A stretch of DNA of 64,000 nucleotides, taken from positions 6,076-70,075 of the IMG/VR virus record IMGVR_UViG_3300028603_000039; one strand, 5' to 3'. The notes below the pieces were generated by a model. It saw nothing but the letters and a program-made list of their open reading frames with translations. It was not told the DNA's origin and searched no databases. The stretch is from a virus (lineage: Duplodnaviria > Caudoviricetes). This document shows positions 1 to 9,124 of this stretch, in pieces. Made by a program: the position numbers and the translations under genes. The first letter of the stretch is position 1; every line of letters begins with the position of its first letter.

Positions 1-2
1 AC

Positions 3-3000
3 AGGCAACCGTCTACCATAGAGGTAAAGTGTTGTAGACCTAGGCTAGATGCTGATATCAATTACATAATATCTCATTTGCCCCCAAAAACCATTCTTGT
101 ATTTGGTGCAATTGCTAAAAAGGAAATGCAACGCATCTTAAAGTCTAACCCCTCCTACGAGAAAATCCCCATTGCTACATTCGACCATCCTGCATACATA
201 CTTCGCAATAGGCACTTGGAACCTCGGTATGTAGCACAGTTGCATAACCACATGAAGTCCATATTTGGTAATAGCAGTACGGTAAGTGTAGAAGAGAAAT
301 TTGTTACCTATACTGACAACCTTAAACATCAGTTTGTAGAGGATGCTTATAGTTCTAAAAACGTTGGTGTAGATATTGAAACTAATAGTTTAAATGTGTT
401 TAGTTTGTCTTTTATTATAGGAACTATAGCAGTTAGTTGTGATAAGTTTACATATTTCTTTGATTGCAGGGAAAAAGATATTAAGGAGTACGATGTATTG
501 GTTGACTTCCTGCAATCAGATAAGGTTCAGAAAGTTTTTGCGGATATACTATTTGATGTTGTTGCTTTGGCACAATATAATATAAAAGTAAGAAATTATT
601 CAGATTTGTTTCCGTTGGCCTTTATATACGATAATACATACAACGAGTATGGATTAGAGGCAATTAGTATGAGGTACATGCCAGACTTGGCTGGGTACAA
701 GTCTAAATTCAAGTCTTCTTTGGTAGAGCATGATTATTTAGGGGCTCCAACCGAAGAACTAAAGCGCTATAATGCCTACGACTCTTACATGACGCGTATG
801 TTGTACAACTACATCTACGACCGTCTGGATGTTAAAGCAAAGACTATATTTGAGAAAATTACTGTAAAGTTGTTGCCGGTACTTGTAGTGTTGAAATGTT
901 CTGGCATGAAAATAGACGCTGACTTGTTGGATCAATATACGGGTATATTCAAAGGCAGGATAGACGAACTTTCTAAATATTTTAATGATAAATATGGGGT
1001 AACCAACATAAATTCTACGCCCCAAATAAGTAAGTGGTTGTTTGAGACGCTGAAGCTTAAACCTATAAAATATAATGATCTAACTGCTACACAAAAAGCA
1101 AAGGGACAGAAGAAGGGATCTCCGTCTACGGATAAGGAGGTACTTGAGGCATACGCTAACGAGGTGCCAGATGTCAATCCGCTTTATGAGGCACGTAGGG
1201 TGACCAATGTGCTTACTTACTTTTTGCCGTCCATTAAAGAAAGTTTGGATGATAGAGACATAGTGCATCCAAACTTTAAACATTATGGTATACAAAGCTT
1301 CCGTTTAGCCTGTAAAGCACCGCCGCTTCAGGGAATTCCGCGTGATGAAACTAAGAGCGAATTTTTAAATCAGTATCCGTTACGCAGGTTGTTTGTAGCT
1401 AGGTTTAGTGACTCGTATATATTGGAGTGTGACTTCTCGCAACAGGAAGTCAGGATTGTTGCTGAATTGGCTCGTGATAAAGGCATGATGGATACATTTG
1501 CCAAGAACGAAGACATTCACAAGTTTGTTGGATCTCTGGTTTTTGAGAAGCCAATAGATCAGATAACTAAGTTTGAGCGTCAGATTGCAAAAGGTTGCGT
1601 GTTTGGTGCAATTTTTGGGGCATCGGCAAAAGAAATGAGTGTTAGGTTGCATATGCCAGAGAAGCAGGCACAGACGTATTTAAATAAATTTGTAGATGCG
1701 TTTCCGAGTGTTAGTGACTACCTCGCCCTACAACACAGGGCAGTTAAGAAGAACGGTGTAATTCATACGGTACTTGGCAGACCGCGAAAGTTTTTGATAG
1801 ATTCTAATAGCAGATCTGCTATTGCTGATGCGGAACGCGAAGCTGCGAATCACTGTTTTCATTGGGATACTCGTGTGCTTTTAGAGGGCGGTGCTTCAAA
1901 GACAATCAAGGAAATTGTAGATAAAAAGCTTTCTGTTAAAGTTGCTTCGGTGAACAGTGCTACAAATAAAATTGAATTTAAACGAGTAGTGAATTGGTTT
2001 AAGAATGAATACAAGGATCCTCGGTGGTTGCGTGTAAATGTACAAGGTAGCAATGGTAAACATGGAGCGGTGTGTACACCAGATCATAGATATTACACTT
2101 CACGTGGTGTGGTGGAGGCTAAGAATTTGAGAGTTGGTGATATGTTATATACGAATTACTTACATATTCCGTCTACCACATGTGAACAAATAATTCTTGG
2201 CAGTTTGCTTGGTGATGGTGGTATAAGCATGAGTAATGGTGTACGATTGTATATGACGCATTGTAATAAACAACGATCTTATTTAGAGTACAAGTGCAGT
2301 ATATTACAACCTTATATTGGTGGTAAAGTATCAAAAGGTGTTGCTGGTCTTAAAAGTTTTAAGCCTGGCAATATAATGTGGAATTATCGTTCGAATGTGC
2401 ATTGGAACCTTGCCGAGTATTATAATTTAAAATACCCTAATCTTGGTGTAAAGGATATAGTTAATAAAATAAGTTGGCTTGGGTTGGCTATATGGTATCA
2501 GGATGATGGGGGTTTGTGTCGTAGTAGGCACAATGTGGGGCGTAGATCTCATCACAGAGAAGGTTGGAGGCAGTTTATAAGGATTCATACAGAAAGTTTT
2601 AGTTTTGACGAGTCGATCCTGCTTGCAGAACTGCTAAATAAAAAATTTGGGTTGAAGTTGTATGTACGCAAGAGAAAATGTCACGGGGTGGTTGTTCCTG
2701 TGGTTGAAATGTATAGTAAACAACATTTAAAGGTGTTCTTTGATAATATTAAAATGCATATTCACCCTGGTTTGAAGTATAAACTGCCAACTACCTATTG
2801 TAATTCTAAATTTGATGGTGGCAGTGGTGGCAATGTTGCTAGAGTTCCGGCGTTGGTTAAGTGTGTTGGTATAACTGAGGTTTGTTATTCAAATGACAAA
2901 CGTAGGGGTTATTTAGATGCTTGTAAACACAAAACTAAATACAATATTGAGGTTGAAGATAACCACAATTATTTTGTAGGAGGAGGTGCTAAATACTTTT

Positions 3001-3320
3001 GTTTAGTTAAAAATTGCATTCAATCACTAGGTGCTGACATTTCCTTCCTATCCCTTATAAAAATACATGATAAATTGGTTGCAGATGGGGTGTTATACAA
3101 TGGTGTTTTTATTATAAATACTATACACGATTCTATACTGTTTGATGTGAGACGCCAATACTTAAAGTATGTGTGCGATGAAATAGCGCCGATTATGACA
3201 GATGTGCCAAAGATGCTAGGGTTTAAGGTTAAGTTTCCTGTGGATATAAAGGTAGGCAAGCGCTGGGGTGAGTCACTGAAATTGGAGGATATACTAAAAC
3301 AAGAGGTTGAAAGTGCCTAA
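3..3320 (+). CDS. polA: Family A DNA polymerase with N-terminal UDG-like domain, 3'-5' exonuclease and an intein; 5' end lies outside the window
   Basis: Frame is open from base 3 (RQPSTIEVKCCRPRLDADINYIISHLPPKTILVFGAIA...FDHPAYILRN, family-4 UDG-like). Exo motifs VDIET, FD, YNAYD. Pol motifs DFSQQEVR (A), RQIAKGCVFGAIFG (B), IHDS (C). Confidence 0.93.
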   Translation, partial: RQPSTIEVKCCRPRLDADINYIISHLPPKTILVFGAIAKKEMQRILKSNPSYEKIPIATFDHPAYILRNRHLEPRYVAQLHNHMKSIFGNSSTVSVEEKFVTYTDNLKHQFVEDAYSSKNVGVDIETNSLNVFSLSFIIGTIAVSCDKFTYFFDCREKDIKEYDVLVDFLQSDKVQKVFADILFDVVALAQYNIKVRNYSDLFPLAFIYDNTYNEYGLEAISMRYMPDLAGYKSKFKSSLVEHDYLGAPTEELKRYNAYDSYMTRMLYNYIYDRLDVKAKTIFEKITVKLLPVLVVLKCSGMKIDADLLDQYTGIFKGRIDELSKYFNDKYGVTNINSTPQISKWLFETLKLKPIKYNDLTATQKAKGQKKGSPSTDKEVLEAYANEVPDVNPLYEARRVTNVLTYFLPSIKESLDDRDIVHPNFKHYGIQSFRLACKAPPLQGIPRDETKSEFLNQYPLRRLFVARFSDSYILECDFSQQEVRIVAELARDKGMMDTFAKNEDIHKFVGSLVFEKPIDQITKFERQIAKGCVFGAIFGASAKEMSVRLHMPEKQAQTYLNKFVDAFPSVSDYLALQHRAVKKNGVIHTVLGRPRKFLIDSNSRSAIADAEREAANHCFHWDTRVLLEGGASKTIKEIVDKKLSVKVASVNSATNKIEFKRVVNWFKNEYKDPRWLRVNVQGSNGKHGAVCTPDHRYYTSRGVVEAKNLRVGDMLYTNYLHIPSTTCEQIILGSLLGDGGISMSNGVRLYMTHCNKQRSYLEYKCSILQPYIGGKVSKGVAGLKSFKPGNIMWNYRSNVHWNLAEYYNLKYPNLGVKDIVNKISWLGLAIWYQDDGGLCRSRHNVGRRSHHREGWRQFIRIHTESFSFDESILLAELLNKKFGLKLYVRKRKCHGVVVPVVEMYSKQHLKVFFDNIKMHIHPGLKYKLPTTYCNSKFDGGSGGNVARVPALVKCVGITEVCYSNDKRRGYLDACKHKTKYNIEVEDNHNYFVGGGAKYFCLVKNCIQSLGADISFLSLIKIHDKLVADGVLYNGVFIINTIHDSILFDVRRQYLKYVCDEIAPIMTDVPKMLGFKVKFPVDIKVGKRWGESLKLEDILKQEVESA
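1854..3014 (+). mobile_element. Intein (387 aa) with LAGLIDADG homing endonuclease inside PolA
   Basis: Interrupts AEREAANH|CIQSLGAD. Begins CFHWDTRV and ends YNIEVEDNHNYFV...LVKN before a +1 Cys. Internal GSLLGDGG and AIWYQDDG blocks. Confidence 0.92.
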
Positions 3321-3543
3321 AGCAAAGGTTCCGAGGAAGCTTAGTATTGTTAAGTTTGTTACCAAAGGGTTTGATACAGACTACATTAGGAGTCTTCCTT
3401 TTAAAGAGTCCTATGTTTATGTTTTCTTAGGAGAAATACCGAATATGCGTGGTCGTTGTATAGTTATGAACTATAAAAGTGGTTGTATATTTAGCGGGTA
3501 TCATACGAATAGTTTTGTTGAACTAACCAGGGATGAAGTTTAA
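3307..3543 (+). CDS. Small hypothetical phage protein
   Basis: Overlap-coupled ORF between polA and the purZ-like gene. Confidence 0.7.
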   Translation: MKVPKAKVPRKLSIVKFVTKGFDTDYIRSLPFKESYVYVFLGEIPNMRGRCIVMNYKSGCIFSGYHTNSFVELTRDEV

Positions 3544-3559
3544 AACAAGGAGGTGTGTT

Positions 3560-4588
3560 GTGCAGGAAGGAAAGCTTAACGTTTTAATTGGAATTTCATT
3601 TGGGTCAGAAGGTAAAGGCAATGTTGCCAATTATTTGGCTGTCAAGCATCCGGATTTGGATTTGTGTATTGCTAACAATTCTCCGAATGCTGGTCATCAA
3701 ATAAAGCGTGAAGATGGTACGGTAGAGACTATAAAGATGTTGCCTACTGCTGGTGTTATTTGTAAAGGTGCCAACATCTTGCTTGGATCTGGTTCTGTTA
3801 TAGATAAGGATAAGTTGATCGAGGAAATAAACAAATACGACGTTGCTGGCAGGCTTACTGTGTCGGCTTTTGCTCCTGTAGTAAGCGAGGAGTGTAAAGA
3901 ATATGAAAGGGAGAACTTAAAGTATATAGCATCTACGTTTCAGGGTACTGGTGCGGCTATCGGATTGAAGGCCATGCGATCGCCGTCTATTAAGTTAGTT
4001 AAGGATTACCCTGAATTGGAAAAGTGGTGTCACTATCATACACCCGATATTATACTTAATCGGGTAGGCAAAGCTGGTCATACTGCACTAGCGGAGGTTT
4101 GCCAAGGATATGGGCTGTCCGTAGATTCAGAGCACTATCCTCACGTTACGTCGCGCCCAGTTAATGTTGGTCAGGCTTTTGGGTATTTAGATGTACCCCC
4201 GTCGTTGTGTGGTGATGTAATCGGAGTGGCGCGTACCTACATAATAAGAGTAGGTAACGTGGAAGGAGGTTCATCTGGTGATACCTTCTACGATTCTAAG
4301 GAGGTATCTTGGGAAGAAGTATCTGCTAAGTTGAACAGACCGACTATTGAGTTTACGTCTGTAACTAAGCGCAAGAGAAGGGTGTTTACTTTTTCCAAGT
4401 ACTTGTTTAACCAAGCTGTTAAGCGCAACGGTGTAAATGTACTTTTCCTAACTTTTGTCGATTATTTGTTGCCCGATGAGTTGAAGGAGATGACTGATTA
4501 TGTAACGTCTGATGAGTTCAACTTTAAGGAAATTTACTTTGTACGTGGGTTCGGAGAATTTGACAAATTCGTGGAAAAGATTAGGTAA
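3560..4588 (+). CDS. purZ: Adenylosuccinate-synthetase superfamily, PurZ/PurZ0-like (candidate diaminopurine pathway enzyme)
   Basis: P-loop GSEGKG (Ser where PurA has the catalytic Asp of GDEGKG), NAGH, STFQGTGAA, QGYGLS..YPHVTSR, IRVG..SSG, TSVTKRKRRVFTFS, TFVDY. GTG start follows the AGGAGG RBS. Confidence 0.72.
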   Translation: MQEGKLNVLIGISFGSEGKGNVANYLAVKHPDLDLCIANNSPNAGHQIKREDGTVETIKMLPTAGVICKGANILLGSGSVIDKDKLIEEINKYDVAGRLTVSAFAPVVSEECKEYERENLKYIASTFQGTGAAIGLKAMRSPSIKLVKDYPELEKWCHYHTPDIILNRVGKAGHTALAEVCQGYGLSVDSEHYPHVTSRPVNVGQAFGYLDVPPSLCGDVIGVARTYIIRVGNVEGGSSGDTFYDSKEVSWEEVSAKLNRPTIEFTSVTKRKRRVFTFSKYLFNQAVKRNGVNVLFLTFVDYLLPDELKEMTDYVTSDEFNFKEIYFVRGFGEFDKFVEKIR

Positions 4589-5277
4589 TGAATCCGTGCT
4601 TTGAGACAGAGCTGGGCAAGTTGTATAATGCAGACTGTATGTCAGTATTGCCTAGTATTGATGATTCAAGTGTGGATTTGGTAGTTACTGATCCGCCGTA
4701 TAACTTCGATTGTCGTGGCAGAGGTACTGTACATACGGCTAAAGACGATTTTGCTAATAATGCAATGTCGCCAGAAGAATATGTTGCTTGGTTTAAGCAA
4801 GTAGTTGATCAGTTATATAGGGTTGTAAAAGACGGCGGTGCTGTCTACGTTTATTGCGGATGGAAATTGTACCCGCATGTATACCCGATAATTGGTAAGT
4901 TGTTTGATATAAAGAACTGTATTGTTTGGCGGAAGCAACATTTTGGGGTCGGTTATCACTTTAGGTTTCAGCATGAGTTTGTAGTATTTGCTACTAAGGG
5001 TAAACACCAACTGCGCCTACAGAAGCGGAATATATCAGATGTATGGGACATTGACAAGGAGAACAACAATCGTGTGCATCCAGCTCAAAAGCCTGTTGAG
5101 GCTATGTCACGTCCGATATTGTACTCTACTGATGTGGGCGGGTTGGTGTTAGACCCTTTTAATGGATCTGGTACAACGTCACTTGCAGCCGAACGATCTG
5201 GTCGCAAATGGATAGGCATTGAGATGGACACAGAATACTGTGATAAAACCATAGAGAGAATAATTAAGAATGTATAA
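4588..5277 (+). CDS. DNA amino-methyltransferase (N6-A/N4-C, beta class)
   Basis: DPPY motif IV, HPAQKP, DPFNGSGTT motif I. Confidence 0.9.
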   Translation: MNPCFETELGKLYNADCMSVLPSIDDSSVDLVVTDPPYNFDCRGRGTVHTAKDDFANNAMSPEEYVAWFKQVVDQLYRVVKDGGAVYVYCGWKLYPHVYPIIGKLFDIKNCIVWRKQHFGVGYHFRFQHEFVVFATKGKHQLRLQKRNISDVWDIDKENNNRVHPAQKPVEAMSRPILYSTDVGGLVLDPFNGSGTTSLAAERSGRKWIGIEMDTEYCDKTIERIIKNV

Positions 5278-5354
5278 GTTTATTGCGTGGATTATAAGGC
5301 TGAATTTGAAGCCACTAGAGTGGAAGATTAATAGTATGTTGAGGAGGATTAAAG

Positions 5355-7076
5355 ATGCAACTTAGCCAGAACGCTATACAGGTGCTTGAGAAGAGGTATT
5401 TAGCAAAAGATAGGACTGGAAAGGTAATTGAAACCCCAGAACAACTTTTTGAGAGGGTAGCACGCACTATATCGGGTGCGGAGCGCGATGAGTCTATGAG
5501 TGAGTATGAGGAGAAATTTTATAAGATTATGACTAATTTGGAGTTTTTGCCAAATACTCCTACCCTTATAAACGCTGGGCGTGCAATAGGGCAATTATCC
5601 GCATGTTTTGTACTCAACATTGATGATAGCATGGAGTCTATATTTACCACGCTTAGAGATGCTGCATTGGTTCAAAAAAGCGGCGGAGGTTGTGGGTACA
5701 GTTTTTCCAATGTTCGTCCGTCTGGCGATTTAGTTAAGAGTACTAATAAGTGTGCGGGTGGTCCAATAGCGTTTATTCGTATATTTGATAAGGCCATGGA
5801 AGCAATAGAGCAAGGCGGAGTGCGCCACGGTGCAAATCTTGGAACGTTAAGGATAGATCATCCGGATATAGTGAGTTTTATAGAGTGTAAACAAAAAGAA
5901 GGGGATATACCTAACTTTAACTTGTCTGTAGGTATTACTGATGAGTTTATGTCTGCAGTTAAGAGTGATAGGATGCACCAATTGATTAATCCTCATACTG
6001 GTGCTGTTGTTAAAGAAATTAAGGCTAAAAAGTTGTTTGATCTAATAGTTCACCATGCTTGGGCAAACGGGGAACCGGGCATTTTGTTCCTTGATGAGAT
6101 GAACCGTCACAATATGATACCAAATGTTGGTGCCATAGAGTCGACGAATCCGTGCGGAGAGTTGCCACTTTTGGCGTATGAGTCGTGCAATTTAGGATCT
6201 GTAAACCTTGGAAGATTTGTCAAAGCTGAGAAGGTGGACTACGATCGCCTTGAGTATGTAGTTAGGCTTGCAACAAGGTTTCTTGATGATGTGATAGACA
6301 TGAACAAATACCCTATATCTCAAATAGAAACAAAGACTAAAATGACTAGGAAAATTGGGTTAGGAATTATGGGATTTGCGGACATGCTTATTAAACTAAA
6401 TATACAGTATGATACTGAAGAGGCAGTACGTTATGCGTCTGATGTTATGAGAAAGATTCGGCAATGGTCTATTGATGAGTCTTCTAAGCTTGCTGAAGTG
6501 CGCGGTGTTTTCCCGGCTTGGCGCGGGAGCCGTTGGCAAACTGACGAGGGAGTTAGGTTAAGGAATGCAGGACTGACTGCTATAGCTCCTACAGGCACAT
6601 TGTCCATTATTGCTAATGCATCTAGTGGGTGTGAGCCATATTATTCGAAGACTGTAAAGAAGCATGTAATTAATACTATACTCGAAGAGGAGGTTGAGTA
6701 TGCTAAATCAGACTGCTTCATTACAGCTAAGGAAATATCGCCAGAATGGCATGTTAAGATCCAGGCGGCTCTTCAGGCGCAAACGTGTTCGGCAGTTAGT
6801 AAGACTATTAATTTTCCGAATGATGCTACTGAGGATGATATTAAGAGATCTATACTGTTAGCTTATAAATTAAAATGTAAGGGTATTGCTTTGTACCGCG
6901 ATGGATCAAGGGAAAAGCAAGTTTTGTATAGTGGAGATGCAAAGAAGGATGTTGTACCTACTAAGGAAAAGGCGATAGAAAAGTGTCCAGAGTGTGGGGC
7001 TGATGTTGTAAATGAGTCTGGGTGCGTCAAATGTTCAAATGCGGGTTGTGGCTGGTCAGCTTGCAAAATTTCGTAA
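5355..7076 (+). CDS. nrdJ: Class II (B12-dependent) ribonucleotide reductase
   Basis: LEKRYL N-terminus, PNTPTLINAG, SACFV, TNPCGE, IAPTGT, C-terminal CPECG..GC..C..CGWSAC. No NrdB partner seen. Confidence 0.88.
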   Translation: MQLSQNAIQVLEKRYLAKDRTGKVIETPEQLFERVARTISGAERDESMSEYEEKFYKIMTNLEFLPNTPTLINAGRAIGQLSACFVLNIDDSMESIFTTLRDAALVQKSGGGCGYSFSNVRPSGDLVKSTNKCAGGPIAFIRIFDKAMEAIEQGGVRHGANLGTLRIDHPDIVSFIECKQKEGDIPNFNLSVGITDEFMSAVKSDRMHQLINPHTGAVVKEIKAKKLFDLIVHHAWANGEPGILFLDEMNRHNMIPNVGAIESTNPCGELPLLAYESCNLGSVNLGRFVKAEKVDYDRLEYVVRLATRFLDDVIDMNKYPISQIETKTKMTRKIGLGIMGFADMLIKLNIQYDTEEAVRYASDVMRKIRQWSIDESSKLAEVRGVFPAWRGSRWQTDEGVRLRNAGLTAIAPTGTLSIIANASSGCEPYYSKTVKKHVINTILEEEVEYAKSDCFITAKEISPEWHVKIQAALQAQTCSAVSKTINFPNDATEDDIKRSILLAYKLKCKGIALYRDGSREKQVLYSGDAKKDVVPTKEKAIEKCPECGADVVNESGCVKCSNAGCGWSACKIS

Positions 7077-7089
7077 AGGAGATGTATCG

Positions 7090-7578
7090 ATGAGCGAACA
7101 ATTGGATGAAATATTAAACAACATCAGTTTGGCCTTTGGTATAGATAACCTAGAGGTAGTGTTTCCAGAAGATACCTTAGTTGAATTGTCTTTGTTTAGG
7201 ATATCCAAAATAGATGCTACTAGGTTAGATGAGGAGTTGGTATTTGAACCAAAGGTTTACATGTTGTTCTGTGCAATACTGGCGCACGTTTCAAATAAAT
7301 ATGAGCGCATGGAAGCTCATGTGGAGCAGTTGGATGCTAAATTATCGCTGAAGTACGAGAAGCATTTAATAAGTTCTGATGAGCGTGTTTCTGACAAGAA
7401 GATTGATAAACTGGTCAAAGCTGATGATGATTATGTAGAGGCTGTTAACAAATGCCTTGAGTATAAAAACATGGTTATTACGTTTAGGAATATACTTAAT
7501 GGCTTGGATAAGAAGCATGATGGTTTGATGCAATTATCATCAAAACGTAACAAAGAAATTTCACAGAGGATGATATGA
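7090..7578 (+). CDS. UvsY-like recombination mediator (helical)
   Basis: Helical pattern (KIDKLVKADDDY...LDKKHDGLMQLS) next to the RecA/UvsX homolog. ATG 7090 follows AAGGAG. Confidence 0.5.
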   Translation: MSEQLDEILNNISLAFGIDNLEVVFPEDTLVELSLFRISKIDATRLDEELVFEPKVYMLFCAILAHVSNKYERMEAHVEQLDAKLSLKYEKHLISSDERVSDKKIDKLVKADDDYVEAVNKCLEYKNMVITFRNILNGLDKKHDGLMQLSSKRNKEISQRMI

Positions 7579-7916
7579 ATTTATTGATGGCAGTAGTGTT
7601 TGCGCACTACATTGCTGATTGGGCTCTCCAAACGGAGTTTGTAGCTAGGAACAAGGGCAAATATGGGTATATTATGTTTAGCCACAGCATGGTGTGGACT
7701 GGAGTTATTTGCTTTGTTTTAAACTACTACAATGCTTATTCTTTATGGAAACTTGTATTTTTGTTGGTTGGTCATATGTGGATGGATCAATATAAAATGG
7801 ATAGGGTAAAAGAAGACTGTTCTGCTAGCAGGGAAACAGAAAAACACAATTTAAGACTGCTTTATATAGATCAGGCGTGGCATTTTGTGCAGTGTGTTGT
7901 TGTTAGTATATTTTAA
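7575..7916 (+). CDS. DUF3307-like membrane protein
   Basis: HYIADWALQ...K, HS, HMWMD, DQAWH His/Asp pattern in hydrophobic helices. Confidence 0.7.
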   Translation: MNLLMAVVFAHYIADWALQTEFVARNKGKYGYIMFSHSMVWTGVICFVLNYYNAYSLWKLVFLLVGHMWMDQYKMDRVKEDCSASRETEKHNLRLLYIDQAWHFVQCVVVSIF

Positions 7917-7928
7917 AGGAGATGTACA

Positions 7929-9110
7929 ATGGCTAAAAAAGAAGAGAAGGGTGTTGTAAGCAAGTTGGAATCAGTTGACATATCAAAGCTTGTTAGTGGG
8001 TTGGTTGATGAGTATAGGAAGAAGAATATGCTTATCGAAACTGGGCACATTAACTGTGAGTTTTTTGATTCTGGAAACTTGGCGCTTAATTATATTTTGT
8101 CTGGCAAGTTTGATGAGGGATTCCCTACTGGTCAAGTTATTAACGTCCATGGTGATCCTCAGACTGGGAAAAGCTTGTTAGTATGCAATGCCATAGCTAA
8201 CTTCCTAAAGAAATACCCAGATGGTGTTGCCATATTGGATGATACAGAGTTTGCCTATGTTGAATATTTAGGCAGTAATTTAGGTATTGATGAGTCAAGG
8301 TTTATAAGGTTAAATACCTCTACTGTTGAGGAGCATTCTAAGGCAGTGTTCTTTGGCGGTAAGATTAAGACAATGGACGTTGATACTGGAAAGGATGTGG
8401 AGGTAGAGGTAGAGCCTATTGTACCTAAGCTTTGGAATAAAGGATGTAAACACATCCTTATAGCAGTTGATTCTATAGCTATGTGGTCAACTGAGCATGA
8501 GCTTGCTATAGTTGGTTTAGATAAGCCTGATATGGGCAAGGCAAAAGTGTTGAGGGCTCTGCTCCGTACTATCATGCCAGAGGTAAAGAAATACGGTTTA
8601 ACATATATAATTACTAATCATTTGATATTCAACATAGGCGATATGTTTGGACCGCGCAAAATTGAAGGTGGTGGTCAGGCGCCAGCGTATCAGTCTTCTA
8701 TAAGGCTTTGTATGCAAATTGCTGGGAAAATAAAGGTTGACAGTAAGGGTAAGAGTGGGGAACTAGGGGGAGACAAGGATGATAAGAATGCCAAGATAGT
8801 TGGCGTAGTTGCTAGGGCTACCACGGTTAAAAACAGGTTTGCACCTCCATTTAGAAATTGCCTTATAGACATTAAGTTTGATGCGGGTATGTCTAGGTTT
8901 TCTGGGTTGTTGAAGCTCCTACAAGATTTGAGCATTGTATTGCTTGCGCCCGGTGGATGGTACGAAACTTGCGATAAGAAAATAAAGTTTCAATCTAAAG
9001 ACTTTGAAGCTAAGTGGCCTGAAATAAAGGCATTGATAACTCCAGATAGGGTAAAGATGCGCGAGTCGGAGTCTCCTATAATAGTTGAGGATATAAAAGA
9101 CGAGGAATAA
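7929..9110 (+). CDS. recA: RecA/UvsX-like recombinase
   Basis: DSGNLALNYILSG, Walker A GDPQTGKS, VDSIA, SSIRL, KNRFAPPF. Confidence 0.9.
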   Translation: MAKKEEKGVVSKLESVDISKLVSGLVDEYRKKNMLIETGHINCEFFDSGNLALNYILSGKFDEGFPTGQVINVHGDPQTGKSLLVCNAIANFLKKYPDGVAILDDTEFAYVEYLGSNLGIDESRFIRLNTSTVEEHSKAVFFGGKIKTMDVDTGKDVEVEVEPIVPKLWNKGCKHILIAVDSIAMWSTEHELAIVGLDKPDMGKAKVLRALLRTIMPEVKKYGLTYIITNHLIFNIGDMFGPRKIEGGGQAPAYQSSIRLCMQIAGKIKVDSKGKSGELGGDKDDKNAKIVGVVARATTVKNRFAPPFRNCLIDIKFDAGMSRFSGLLKLLQDLSIVLLAPGGWYETCDKKIKFQSKDFEAKWPEIKALITPDRVKMRESESPIIVEDIKDEE

Positions 9111-9124
9111 GAAAGGAAAACGCT

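Noticed and set aside
3560-4588. Ordinary PurA auxiliary metabolic gene
   Set aside because: The catalytic Asp of GDEGKG is Ser. PurA is not fully excluded without an assay, but it is the less likely reading.
7012-7089. Track start for the UvsY-like ORF
   Set aside because: It overlaps the nrdJ 3' end; ATG 7090 has the RBS. Similar start corrections were made at 3560, 15093, 19053, 26827, 27881, 33731, 43036 and 54151.
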